From an uncultured Pseudomonadota bacterium (lineage in GTDB: Bacteria > Pseudomonadota > Alphaproteobacteria > RF32 > CAG-239), in assembly GCA_949295005.1 (NCBI GenBank), contig CASFJL010000003.1, positions 1,118 through 65,117 of the forward strand: DNA of 64,000 nt. The letters run 5' to 3'. The notes under the pieces were generated by a model. That model ran no database searches. It saw only the letters and a list, made by a program, of their open reading frames with translations, and had not been told where the DNA came from. Both the position numbers and the translations under genes were made by a program. Below, piece by piece: positions 19,500 through 28,830 of the stretch (positions within the stretch are counted from its first letter, which is position 1; the number at the start of each line of letters is the position of its first letter).

Positions 19500-21725
19500 A
19501 TGTTTTTTTTTGCAAAAGATAAAAACTCTAAAAAATATATAATAAAAAAGTTTTTATTTATTTTATTTTTTCTTTTTATTTTTTTTGTTTTGTGTTTGGC
19601 TTTTATTGCTTTGGCAAAGCTTATTCATAAAGGTTTTAGTTTAAAAGTTTTTTATGAGGCTTTGAATTTTGCCAACAAAATTGCGGCAGACCCATTATAT
19701 TTATTTTCTGTCTATGAACAATATTTTAAGGTTTTTATTAAATCTGCACAGCACGATAATTTGACATTGGCAACGTGGCTGCCTATGTTTCCGATTTTTT
19801 TGTTTGGTGCATTTTTAATTTTTGTGGTTTATAAATGGGGCAAAAAATTTTATCGGAAAATAAAAAAATTTGAGTTCTCTTCAATTGAAAAATTGTTTGA
19901 AGAAAATATTTTTTCAAATAACTTTTTTGTTTTGGGACAAAACAAAAATGATTTATTGGAATTAAAACAACATAATTCTTTGTTGGTGCTTGGTGAGACA
20001 TCCAGTTCTAAAACTTCTTCTTGTGTTATTCCTTCTATTTTGGAAGCGGATAATTCTTCTTTATTTGTTGTTGCTTCTCAAAATGATGTGGCAAAATTTA
20101 CTTCCGGATACAGAGCTCAGTTAGGTAAAGTGTTTTATTTTAATTGGGGGTTGAGTGATGATGCTTCTAAAAAAGAGTTTTTGGCCAGATGGAATCCTCT
20201 CTCTCAGATGGAAATGCCTAAAAATAATTTGGAAAAAGAAGAATATTTATATGGTTTGTGTAAATATTTTATAACTTATGGTCTGAATGATAAAAGTGAT
20301 GATTTTGTAAATTATGAAAAATCTGTTATTATGACGATGTTTGCTCTTTTAAATTTTTTTGTTATGAAAATTGAAAGAGCTCAAGCCAATGATTATTTTT
20401 TAAGTCGATTTTTTGAAAATAAAAAATTGCATGCAGATGATAAAGATTTGCTCTTAAGTTATTATATTTTAATGGATAAAACTTATGCAAAAAATGCAAT
20501 TGATAATTTGCAAAAAAACAATCTTTCTTTGGAAAATTATTTACCGATTGGCAGTTGGGAAGGTGTTCCTGATAATTGGAAAGGCAAAGAACTTTGTTTT
20601 GCAATGTTTTATGATTGGTTGCTTCGTTGCTTTTTTAAATTTAAAAAACAAAATCAACCCCAGAGTGATTTGTGGCAAATATTGGCTGAATATTGCTTGG
20701 AAGAAACAGAATTTTTTGGTTATTCGGATAAGCAAAAAAAATTGTTAAAAAATGTATTATCTGTTTCTGCCGAGCAAAAATCGGTTATCTTTTCTGATAT
20801 ATTCAAATCTTTAGAGTGTTTTCAAATTCAAAGTGTTCGGGAAAGAACATCTACTAGTGATTTTTGTATTGCAGATTTATATAATTCCAATCAAGTGATT
20901 ACAGTTTATTCTATTGTGGAAGAAAAAATCTTTTATTTTATTAATAAGTTGTTTGTGGACATGGTCTTAAATTATAATTTTGTTCAGCAGACACCGTCAA
21001 ATATGGCATTTGTTTTTGATGATATTGAACAGCAACCGAGATATGAAGTTTTAGGAGACTTTTTTAAGCAAAATCAATTTGCAAATACATCTTTTTTAAT
21101 GACTGTTTCTTTTTATGATTTATTTAAGCAAAAATATCTTCATTCTGAAATTGTTTCTTTTTTGAAAAATATTTCATATAAGCTTTTGTTTGTGCAAAAT
21201 TATAAAAATGCGGCAAAATTATTGCAAAACGCTTTTATTGATTCTGACATTATTAACAATAATGATGAAAAAACAAAGGAATATTATAAAAGTTTGATTT
21301 GGGACATGAACAATAAAATTGTGCATGACCTTTCAAGAAAAGATGTTTTGTTGTTGGTCCCAAAGTTAAGTGAAACACCTTTTTGTTTGAAGGCAGCATA
21401 TTTTTTGCAAAATGAATATTTGAAAAGCAAAGCTGAAATGCAAACAGCTTATTTTTTGGATGAAAATCAATTTAACTTGCGTAATTCTCAAGATTTGGAT
21501 GTTCCTGATTTGTTGGTTACACTCAATAAGTTGGGATATCATCTGGAAAATATGGATGCATTAGATGATTTTTTGAAAAACCAGCAAAATGATGATGTGT
21601 TGAGTTTTGATGATGCTCCCACAAATACTTCCAAGCAAGAAACAGAAGCTGATTGGTGGCTTGAAGAAGATTTTTTTGAACATAAAAAAACTGAAAATAA
21701 GAATCCGTTTAAGACTTCCAATTAG
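19500..21725 (+). CDS. VirD4/TraG-like type IV coupling protein homologue with atypical nucleotide-binding motifs (orphan)
   Basis: Two N-terminal TM helices. LLVLGETSSSKTSSCVIPSILEADNSSLFVVASQNDVAKFTSGYRAQLGKVFYFNW...RWNPL is colinear with VirD4 (xxVxAPTRxGKGxxxVIPxLLxxxxSxxxxDxKGE...T...R...G.VFxF...NP). The Walker-B-like motif is AFVFDDIEQ. The gene is extremely AT-rich. Confidence 0.55.
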   Translation: MFFFAKDKNSKKYIIKKFLFILFFLFIFFVLCLAFIALAKLIHKGFSLKVFYEALNFANKIAADPLYLFSVYEQYFKVFIKSAQHDNLTLATWLPMFPIFLFGAFLIFVVYKWGKKFYRKIKKFEFSSIEKLFEENIFSNNFFVLGQNKNDLLELKQHNSLLVLGETSSSKTSSCVIPSILEADNSSLFVVASQNDVAKFTSGYRAQLGKVFYFNWGLSDDASKKEFLARWNPLSQMEMPKNNLEKEEYLYGLCKYFITYGLNDKSDDFVNYEKSVIMTMFALLNFFVMKIERAQANDYFLSRFFENKKLHADDKDLLLSYYILMDKTYAKNAIDNLQKNNLSLENYLPIGSWEGVPDNWKGKELCFAMFYDWLLRCFFKFKKQNQPQSDLWQILAEYCLEETEFFGYSDKQKKLLKNVLSVSAEQKSVIFSDIFKSLECFQIQSVRERTSTSDFCIADLYNSNQVITVYSIVEEKIFYFINKLFVDMVLNYNFVQQTPSNMAFVFDDIEQQPRYEVLGDFFKQNQFANTSFLMTVSFYDLFKQKYLHSEIVSFLKNISYKLLFVQNYKNAAKLLQNAFIDSDIINNNDEKTKEYYKSLIWDMNNKIVHDLSRKDVLLLVPKLSETPFCLKAAYFLQNEYLKSKAEMQTAYFLDENQFNLRNSQDLDVPDLLVTLNKLGYHLENMDALDDFLKNQQNDDVLSFDDAPTNTSKQETEADWWLEEDFFEHKKTENKNPFKTSN

Positions 21726-21818
21726 TTCTATTTTTGTTCTTAAAATTTAAAAAGTGCTGTTATTTTAAAGCAAAGTTTGCTAAGGTGTGCTTATTCTAAT
21801 AACGAATCGGTAAAAAAA

Positions 21819-23159
21819 ATGGAAGAAACTTTATTTTCAACAACTATCAAACGCCCGCTGGCTGACAGATTGCGTCCGCAGTCTTTGTCTGAAGTGGTGG
21901 GGCAAGACCATTTGGTCGGCGAGAATGCCCCGCTTGGTCGTATGATAAAGTCGGGAAAAATTACTTCCTTTATTTTATGGGGACCTCCGGGATGCGGAAA
22001 AACCACAATCGCACGTTTGATTGCCGAACATACAAATTTGTATTTTGAACAAATTTCTGCCGTTTTTTCCGGCGTTGCCGATTTGAAGCGCGTGTTTCAA
22101 TATGCGCAAGAAAGAAGAGCAACACAGGGCAAAGGCACATTGCTTTTTGTAGATGAAATTCATCGTTTTAACAAGTCGCAACAAGATGGCTTTTTACCTT
22201 ATGTGGAAGACGGTACGGTGATTTTGGTTGGAGCTACAACCGAAAATCCGTCTTTTGAACTTAATGCCGCTTTGCTTTCTCGTTGTCAGGTTTTTGTGCT
22301 GAACCGCTTGACTTCAGATGACTTTGAAGTGCTGTTAACCCGAGCCGAAAAAGAAATGGGCAAAAAACTTCCGGTTGATGAAGAAGCGCGCCAGTTTATG
22401 AAAGATACGGCAGACGGGGACGGACGATATATTCTTAATTTAGCAGAATCTGTCTGGTCATATGCAAAGCCGGAAGAAATTTTTGATAAAGAATCGATTA
22501 TGCGGATTATACGTTCGCGTGCGCCGATTTATGATAAAGGACGCGACGGGCATTATAATCTGATTTCGGCCGTGCATAAATCTCTGCGTGGCTCAGATGT
22601 GGATGCCGGTTTGTATTGGGTGGCGCGTATGCTGGAAGCCGGTGAAGACCCGAAATATATTTTTCGCCGTTTGACACGCTTTGCCGTTGAGGATGTTTCT
22701 TTGGCTGACCCTAATGCCGTGACACAAGCCATTTCTTGTTGGCAAACTTATGAGCGTTTGGGTTCGCCGGAAGGAGATTTGGCGCTTTATCAACTGACGG
22801 CATATTTGGCAACGGCACCCAAGTCGGCTTCTTTGTATAAATCAACTTATGCGGCTCGCGATTTGGCAAGAAGAACAGGTTCACTCATGCCGCCGAAAAA
22901 TATTTTGAATGCCCCGACCAAACTTATGCGTGATTTAGGTTACCATGAAGGATATGAATATGACCCCGATTGCGAAGATGGTTTTTCCGGAGCTAATTAT
23001 TTTCCCGATGGTGTGCGTCATACCAAACTTTATTTTCCGGTTGACCGGGGGTTTGAAAGAGAAATTAAGAAAAGAGTGGAATATTTTGAGCGTTTGCGCG
23101 CGGAAAAACAACGTGCCAAAGCGCAACAACAAAAACAAAATAAGGACAGTGAAAAATGA
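21819..23159 (+). CDS. rarA: Replication-associated recombination protein A (AAA+ ATPase RarA/MgsA)
   Basis: RPLADRLRPQSLSEVVGQDHL, Walker A GPPGCGKTT, Walker B LFVDEIHRFNK, and the MgsA C-terminal region (HYNLISAVHKSLRGSD). The ATG at 21819 is preferred over the ORF-track start at 21777. Confidence 0.93.
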   Translation: MEETLFSTTIKRPLADRLRPQSLSEVVGQDHLVGENAPLGRMIKSGKITSFILWGPPGCGKTTIARLIAEHTNLYFEQISAVFSGVADLKRVFQYAQERRATQGKGTLLFVDEIHRFNKSQQDGFLPYVEDGTVILVGATTENPSFELNAALLSRCQVFVLNRLTSDDFEVLLTRAEKEMGKKLPVDEEARQFMKDTADGDGRYILNLAESVWSYAKPEEIFDKESIMRIIRSRAPIYDKGRDGHYNLISAVHKSLRGSDVDAGLYWVARMLEAGEDPKYIFRRLTRFAVEDVSLADPNAVTQAISCWQTYERLGSPEGDLALYQLTAYLATAPKSASLYKSTYAARDLARRTGSLMPPKNILNAPTKLMRDLGYHEGYEYDPDCEDGFSGANYFPDGVRHTKLYFPVDRGFEREIKKRVEYFERLRAEKQRAKAQQQKQNKDSEK

Positions 23160-23515
23160 CAACTTTTTTGAGTGTGTTTTTAGGGGGCGGATTGGGTTCT
23201 ATTCTCCGCCATTTGGTTTGTTCTAAAATCGGTAATCATTGGGCGGTGATGAGTGTGAACTTGATGGGTGCCATGCTGATTGGTATTGCCTTTGAATATT
23301 TTGCCAACAAAGCAGGCTTGCGTCCGGAAGTGAGAGCTTTTGTGATTACCGGTATGCTCGGCGGTTTTACCACTTTTTCAACTTATATGCTTGATTTTGG
23401 AAACTTGATGACCAATGCCAAAATGGTGGAGGGATTTTTGTATCTCTTGGGCTCACTCATCTTGGGAATCGGGTTCTTGTTTATCGGCATTAAAATCGGC
23501 AAGCTTTGTTTTTAG
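23156..23515 (+). CDS. crcB: Fluoride ion channel CrcB/FluC
   Basis: 119 aa with four TM segments and the motifs GGLGSILRH and GGFTTFSTY. Its start overlaps the rarA stop (ATGA). Confidence 0.9.
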   Translation: MTTFLSVFLGGGLGSILRHLVCSKIGNHWAVMSVNLMGAMLIGIAFEYFANKAGLRPEVRAFVITGMLGGFTTFSTYMLDFGNLMTNAKMVEGFLYLLGSLILGIGFLFIGIKIGKLCF

Positions 23516-23584
23516 GTTGATTTTTTTTCTTATTTACGATAGTTTGTGAGCAAATAAAAATTATTAATCTTAAAAATTTGTATT

Positions 23585-23809
23585 ATGGTTGATTTGAAAG
23601 ATGTTGCTGAAGAGCTTGTTCGTTTGTCATCGAAAGAAGTGCAAAAGTTGGCGGAAGTGATGAAAGAAGAATATGGTATTGAGACAGCCGCCCAAGAGGT
23701 TAGTATCATAAGAGATGACAAAGCTCCGCTTTCTCGCCAACAACGTCGTAAACGTGAACGAGAAGCTCAAAAAAAAGAGGCAAAAAAAAGACAGAAAAAA
23801 CGCGGATGA
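23585..23809 (+). CDS. Small protein resembling the N-terminal (dimerisation/L10-binding) domain of ribosomal protein bL12, fused to an Arg/Lys-rich tail
   Basis: MVDLKDVAEELVRLSSKEVQKLAEVMKEEYGIETAAQ aligns by eye with the bL12 N-terminal domain (E. coli [36 protein letters not shown]). The hinge and C-terminal GTPase-interacting domain are replaced by RQQRRKREREAQKKEAKKRQKKRG. Confidence 0.5.
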   Translation: MVDLKDVAEELVRLSSKEVQKLAEVMKEEYGIETAAQEVSIIRDDKAPLSRQQRRKREREAQKKEAKKRQKKRG

Positions 23810-23826
23810 AAATTCGCGTTTTTTTT
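23797..23826 (+). terminator. Possible rho-independent terminator after the bL12-NTD-like ORF
   Basis: AAACGCGgatgaaaattCGCGTTTtttttt: a 7-bp stem enclosing the stop codon, followed by a T run. Confidence 0.5.
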
Positions 23827-23896
23827 GTTTTAAATTCGCTTGTTTTTTTATCTCCCTTCCGCTACACTTTGAAAAGTTTTTAAGAAAGGGAATCTG

Positions 23897-24832
23897 ATGT
23901 CCGGCGTAGAGATTAAAAAAGTTAAAGATGTTGATGATGGTATGCGTTTGAACCGTTGGTTTTTGAAGTATTATCCGGGGCTCTCTCTCGGTCGTTTTCA
24001 AAAGCTTCTTCGAACTAAACAAATCAAAGTGGACGGCAAAAAAGCTGAAGCATCTCTCAAACTTATCGCCGGACAAGAAATCAGAGTGCCGCCTTTGGAT
24101 AATGAAGCCAATGCAACACAAGAGCGCAAAGGTATATCTGCCAAAGACGCGGCTTATATTCAATCGATGGTCATTTATAAAGATGACAATATCATCGCTT
24201 TGAACAAGCCTTCCGGATTGGCCGTGCAGGGCGGAACTAACACGACGCGCCATGTGGACGGTATGCTTGAGGCTTTGTGTTTTGGATTAGAAGAAAAGCC
24301 TAAGCTCGTGCATCGCATTGATAAGGAGACCAGCGGAATTCTGATTTTGGCACGTAATCGCAAATCTGCCGATATGCTGACAAAAGCATTTCGCGAACAT
24401 AATTTGCAAAAGACTTATTTGACTTTGGTTGCCGGTTGTCCCAAACAGCAAAACGGCGAAATTAAAGCTGCGTTGGAAAAAGTGGGTGAAAAATCAATCA
24501 TATCTAAAGATGGAAAACCGGCTTTGACCGAGTTTGAAGTTTTGGATAATGCCGGTGCCAAATTTGCATTAGTCGCTGCGGCACCGCTTACCGGACGCAC
24601 ACACCAAATTCGTGCGCATATGGAATATATCGGTTGTCCGATTGTCGGTGACGACAAATATTTTGGTCAAGCAAGACAGAAATTTGCTTTTGTTAGTGAT
24701 AAATTACACCTTCATGCCTACAAAATTGATTTATCAGATTTATATCAAAAGAAGATGATTATAACTGCACCTCTGCCTGAGTATTTTAAGGCAGATTTAG
24801 AAGCTATCGGTTTAAGTTTTAGGGAGTTTTAA
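23897..24832 (+). CDS. RluA-family 23S rRNA pseudouridine synthase (RluC-like) with an N-terminal S4 domain
   Basis: The S4-like N-terminus reads MRLNRWFLKYYPGLSLGRFQKLLRTKQIKVDGK. The catalytic motif is LVHRIDKETSGILILARN, and the conserved GRTHQIRAH is present. Confidence 0.9.
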   Translation: MSGVEIKKVKDVDDGMRLNRWFLKYYPGLSLGRFQKLLRTKQIKVDGKKAEASLKLIAGQEIRVPPLDNEANATQERKGISAKDAAYIQSMVIYKDDNIIALNKPSGLAVQGGTNTTRHVDGMLEALCFGLEEKPKLVHRIDKETSGILILARNRKSADMLTKAFREHNLQKTYLTLVAGCPKQQNGEIKAALEKVGEKSIISKDGKPALTEFEVLDNAGAKFALVAAAPLTGRTHQIRAHMEYIGCPIVGDDKYFGQARQKFAFVSDKLHLHAYKIDLSDLYQKKMIITAPLPEYFKADLEAIGLSFREF

Positions 24833-24833
24833 G

Positions 24834-26990
24834 ATGAAAAAATTGTTTAAAATTCTTTTCAGCACAATCTTTATTTTGTTTGCCGTTTTGGTTGTCGGCG
24901 TGTTTGTGTTTATCAAAACTTTTGATTTGAACAGTTATAAATCTTATGCCGAAAAAATGGTGCAAGAGCAACTTGGACGTAAGCTTTCTTTGAACGGGGA
25001 AGCTTATTTAGGTATTTCTCTTGTTCCGACGATTGTTTTGGAAGATGTGGAATTTGCCAACCCAACTTGGGCTAAAAATCCGCAAATGGTGAAGGTGAAA
25101 AAACTTGATGTAAAATTTGCCATTTTGCCGTTGCTTAATAAGCAAATTGTGATTGATAAGGTGATTTTGGAAGAGCCTCTTATCAATTTGGAAGTGGCAA
25201 AAAACGGTGATGCCAGTTGGGATTTTCCGGCTTTAGATACCCCGCAACCAGAACCGGTGAAGAAGGCTGAAAGAGGTTGGCTGATATCGGTTGCCAATGC
25301 AACGGAAACAGCGGTTCCGGCTGAAACTTCCGCTCCTGATGCCATGTTGACAAGCATTGTTGCCAAAATGGTGCAGATTGAAAACGGAACTCTTGTTTAT
25401 GATGATGCACAAAGCGGAAGCAAAACCGAAGTGGTTATTAATCATCTGGATTTATCTATTCCGACACCTGATGATTTGATTACGCTTAATGTGGATGCCC
25501 TCTATAACGGTGAGCAGATTATTGCCAGTGGTACCGTCGGCTCAATTACCGAGGCTTTGGCGGATAAAGTTTATCCGATTAATTTGCAGGTTAAGGCTTA
25601 TGGTATGGCTGCCAAAGCCAAAGGTAATTTGAATAATATGCTTTCAAAATTGACCTATAACCTCAATTTGCAACTTGTGAACCCGCAGGGCAATTTCGGT
25701 GCGCCGGAGATTGTTTTTGATGGTTTGGTCAATGGCGGTTTGGATAATGTGAAAACAAAAATCAATCAGCTTTCGGTTGCCGGAAACGTGATGAAAGGTG
25801 AGGTGGATGCCGATATTTCGCAAAAAGTTCCCTTTATCAGAGCCAATTTGCAAAGCGACCAGATTGATGTGCAAAAGTTTATGCCGCAACAACAAGCTTT
25901 GGTTTTGCCGAGTTTGAATCTTATTTCTTCGGCCAATGCCGCAAATTATATTCCGGCAGAGCCTATCCCGTATGATGTGTTGAAAACGGTTAATGCTGTG
26001 TTTGATTTGTCTGTTGGAAATTTGATTGTCGATAGTGGATTTTCTATGCAAAACGTGTTGGTTAAAGGCTCGCTCAAAAATGCTGTATTGACAATCAATC
26101 CGCTTAATCTGACATTTAATGGCGGACAGATTATGTCTGAACTTAATGTGGATGCCAATGCCAAAAGTTTGAGCCTGAAAGCCAACAGCAAAAATTTGAA
26201 ACTGCAAAATTTGCATAAAGAATTTCAGGTCATTAACAGCACTGATTTTGGTATTAAAAGGGGCGGTGATACTATCGTTTATATTGATTTGAAAAGTTCA
26301 GGTAATACCTATCGTCAAGTGTTTGAAGGCTTGACAGGTCAAACCGCAATTACCCTTGATAAATCGGTTATCCAAACCGGTAATTTGAGCTTTTTTACCG
26401 GAAGTTTCTTAACCCAAGTTTTGGATGCGTTGCACCTCAAGCAAAAGACTATGGATATGGATGTGCGTTGTGCCGTCATTCGTACCGATTTTGCTAATGG
26501 ACGTGCAATTTTTCCGCAAGGTATTGCTCTGAATGCGGCGCAAATGAGTTTGGTGAGTGATGGTTATGTGAACCTCGTGAATGATAAAATCAGCTTTACC
26601 TTGCAACCTTTCTCAGGAAAAGTTGTTGATACCAATATTGCGCAAGCTTTGTCATCATTTCTGCGTATCAGCGGAACGGTAGAAAACCCAACCATTCGTT
26701 TGGATGATAAAGAGGCATTGCGTGCGGTGATTGGTGTGGTGGCAACCGGCGGTACGGCTTATTTGGGTGAAAAGCTGATTATCAATCCCGATGGTTCTCC
26801 ATGCTATACAGCTTTGCAAGGAACACCTTTTGCAACCATGTTTCCTAAACCGACAGGCGTGGCCGCAACAACACGAGATGTCTACAAAGATACGGAAAAA
26901 GAGATTAAAAAAGGTGTGAATGATTTGAAAAACACAGCCAAAGATATGTGGAATATGTTTAAAGGACAATTAAAAAATGGTTCAAAATGA
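24834..26990 (+). CDS. AsmA-family outer-membrane biogenesis protein
   Basis: 718 aa. The N-terminal anchor plus the AsmA N-domain signature reads FVFIKTFDLNSYKSYAEKMVQEQLGRKLSLNGEAYLGISLVPTIVLEDVEFANP. The body is long and beta-rich, and an AsmA-like C-terminal region is present. Confidence 0.8.
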   Translation: MKKLFKILFSTIFILFAVLVVGVFVFIKTFDLNSYKSYAEKMVQEQLGRKLSLNGEAYLGISLVPTIVLEDVEFANPTWAKNPQMVKVKKLDVKFAILPLLNKQIVIDKVILEEPLINLEVAKNGDASWDFPALDTPQPEPVKKAERGWLISVANATETAVPAETSAPDAMLTSIVAKMVQIENGTLVYDDAQSGSKTEVVINHLDLSIPTPDDLITLNVDALYNGEQIIASGTVGSITEALADKVYPINLQVKAYGMAAKAKGNLNNMLSKLTYNLNLQLVNPQGNFGAPEIVFDGLVNGGLDNVKTKINQLSVAGNVMKGEVDADISQKVPFIRANLQSDQIDVQKFMPQQQALVLPSLNLISSANAANYIPAEPIPYDVLKTVNAVFDLSVGNLIVDSGFSMQNVLVKGSLKNAVLTINPLNLTFNGGQIMSELNVDANAKSLSLKANSKNLKLQNLHKEFQVINSTDFGIKRGGDTIVYIDLKSSGNTYRQVFEGLTGQTAITLDKSVIQTGNLSFFTGSFLTQVLDALHLKQKTMDMDVRCAVIRTDFANGRAIFPQGIALNAAQMSLVSDGYVNLVNDKISFTLQPFSGKVVDTNIAQALSSFLRISGTVENPTIRLDDKEALRAVIGVVATGGTAYLGEKLIINPDGSPCYTALQGTPFATMFPKPTGVAATTRDVYKDTEKEIKKGVNDLKNTAKDMWNMFKGQLKNGSK

Positions 26991-27489
26991 TTTGGAAAAA
27001 GCACTAATATCTATTTCTGCTTGCAAGCAAGAAGGTGTTGTTAAGCTCATTCAATATTTGGAAACAGATTTGTTGTTTTTCTTTGCTGTTGATAAAGATT
27101 TGAATTTAAGTCAGCAACAAAAGTGGAAACCTATTTTGGATATGTTTTATCAGACATTTGGTATTTCTCTTCAAATTACACAAGGATTGGATGTTCCTCA
27201 GCAAGAACAGAGTTTGTATGATACATTTAAGGTATATTTGAAAAATATGGATGATGTTTCTTTTGTTTGTTTGTATAAGTTGGCTCTTTGTATGCGTTCT
27301 GTGCTTTTGGCTTGGGCTATGATAAATGAAAAAATTTCTCCGGAAGAAGCTTATGAAGCTGCATTGTTGGAAGAGTTGTGGCAAGCGCAACGATGGGGAA
27401 ATGTTGATGAAGCTGAAAAGAAAAGGCTGGAAATCAAAACAGAAATTTTTGATACTTATGCTTTTTGGAAAAATAAAAAGGCTGCATAA
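26977..27489 (+). CDS. ATP12-family (F1-ATPase assembly chaperone-like) protein, short form
   Basis: LETDLLFFFAVDKDL...QQQKWKPILDMF and LLAWAMINEKISPEEAYEAALLEELWQAQRWGNVDEAEKKR match the conserved ATP12 blocks (DLLCYRA..., ...E.WQ.E.WG.DEEA). It is only 170 aa and lacks the usual N-terminal segment. It overlaps asmA by 14 nt. Confidence 0.55.
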   Translation: MVQNDLEKALISISACKQEGVVKLIQYLETDLLFFFAVDKDLNLSQQQKWKPILDMFYQTFGISLQITQGLDVPQQEQSLYDTFKVYLKNMDDVSFVCLYKLALCMRSVLLAWAMINEKISPEEAYEAALLEELWQAQRWGNVDEAEKKRLEIKTEIFDTYAFWKNKKAA

Positions 27490-27776
27490 TGAAAGAAGTT
27501 CTTATCAAAATCAAAGGACGCGTGCAAGGGGTTGGTTTCCGTTATTGGGCGATTAATACAGCCAAAGAAATCGGCGGAATATCCGGCTGGGTGCATAATG
27601 AAGCTGACGGCTCGGTTGAAATTTCCATGCGCGGAGAAGAAGAAAAGATTGATGCCATGATTATTGCTTGTCAAAACGGCTCACCTTTTTCTCGTGTAGA
27701 TAAAGTGGAGTTTGTGGTGGGGCGAATCAGTAGTTTTTTACCGCCGATTGAAGATGGTGTATTTAAGAGAGTATAA
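27489..27776 (+). CDS. acyP: Acylphosphatase
   Basis: 95 aa with the motif IKGRVQGVGFRYWAINTAKEIGGISGWVHNEADGSVE. Confidence 0.9.
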   Translation: MKEVLIKIKGRVQGVGFRYWAINTAKEIGGISGWVHNEADGSVEISMRGEEEKIDAMIIACQNGSPFSRVDKVEFVVGRISSFLPPIEDGVFKRV

Positions 27777-27780
27777 AGTT

Positions 27781-28830
27781 TTAGTGATATACAGATAAAT
27801 TAAATACATTTTCCAGAAAAAACAGGCAAATAAAACAAATTGAGGCTGAAATAATTGGTGTGCATATCCAACCTAAAGCTACTTTCCCTAAAATGGACCA
27901 GTTGACCTCTCTGCCGCCTTTGGTTATGCCAATCCCTATCACAGCTCCGATAACGGCTTGCGAACTTGATACCGGAACCAGAGGCAAAGGTGGAATTCCA
28001 AGTTCTATCATAATGTTTTTTAAGCCTTGAGATGCAAACAAAAACAAAACAATGGATTGAGAAATAACAACAATCCAAGCAATAATCGGAGACATGGACA
28101 TAACACTGCTACCAATGGTTTTTATGATTTTTTTTGAATAAGTAAATACTCCGGTGCTGATGGCTATGCCGCCAATGAAAAATAAAATCTGTGTTCCGCT
28201 TAAATGAAAATTGCCAATTGAAACCGCGTGAAATGGAGATGCATCAACAAAAACACCCATAACATTGGCAATGTTGTTGGCTCCCAATGCATATGAGCCG
28301 AAAGCACAAGCCAAAATCAAACCAATGCGCGTGTATAAATCTTGATGAATTAAATGTATTTTTGCGTGTTTTAAATATGCTTTTATGCCAAAATATAATA
28401 ATACGGATATTAAACCAGATAAAATAGGACAGATAATCCATGTGCTGACAATTTTTATCAATATAGTTGTATTTGTTTCAAAACCGCAATATATGTTCCA
28501 ACCGACAATACTTCCAACAATGGCTTGAGTGGTGGAAACAGGTGTGCTGCTGTTGACCATCCAATATACAGCCAAAGCGGCGGAAAGTGCTACCATAAAT
28601 GCTCCGGCAAGCTCATTTACAGTGCCAAGCTCGGTTAAGGTTTTGCTTGTTCCGGCGCCGCCAAAAACAGCTCCTATAATAATGAACACAGAAGCTATTG
28701 TTGCAGCGGTGCGAAAGCGAACCATTTTTGTTCCAACAGCGGTACCAAATACATTGGCGGCATCATTTGCGCCTAATGACCACCCTAAAAATAAACCGCT
28801 GCTTAAAAATATAAAGTAACTAATATCCAT
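27781..28830 (-). CDS. Inorganic phosphate transporter, PiT family
   Basis: 349 aa and polytopic. The PiT signature GANDAANVFGTAVGT is at the N-terminus, with a second GANNIANVMG repeat. Confidence 0.92.
   Translation of the reverse strand: MDISYFIFLSSGLFLGWSLGANDAANVFGTAVGTKMVRFRTAATIASVFIIIGAVFGGAGTSKTLTELGTVNELAGAFMVALSAALAVYWMVNSSTPVSTTQAIVGSIVGWNIYCGFETNTTILIKIVSTWIICPILSGLISVLLYFGIKAYLKHAKIHLIHQDLYTRIGLILACAFGSYALGANNIANVMGVFVDASPFHAVSIGNFHLSGTQILFFIGGIAISTGVFTYSKKIIKTIGSSVMSMSPIIAWIVVISQSIVLFLFASQGLKNIMIELGIPPLPLVPVSSSQAVIGAVIGIGITKGGREVNWSILGKVALGWICTPIISASICFICLFFLENVFNLSVYH

Noticed and set aside
23100-23160. I looked for a fluoride riboswitch (crcB motif) upstream of crcB.
   Set aside because: crcB starts inside the rarA stop (ATGA overlap), so there is no leader. 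No structured GC-rich element is present.
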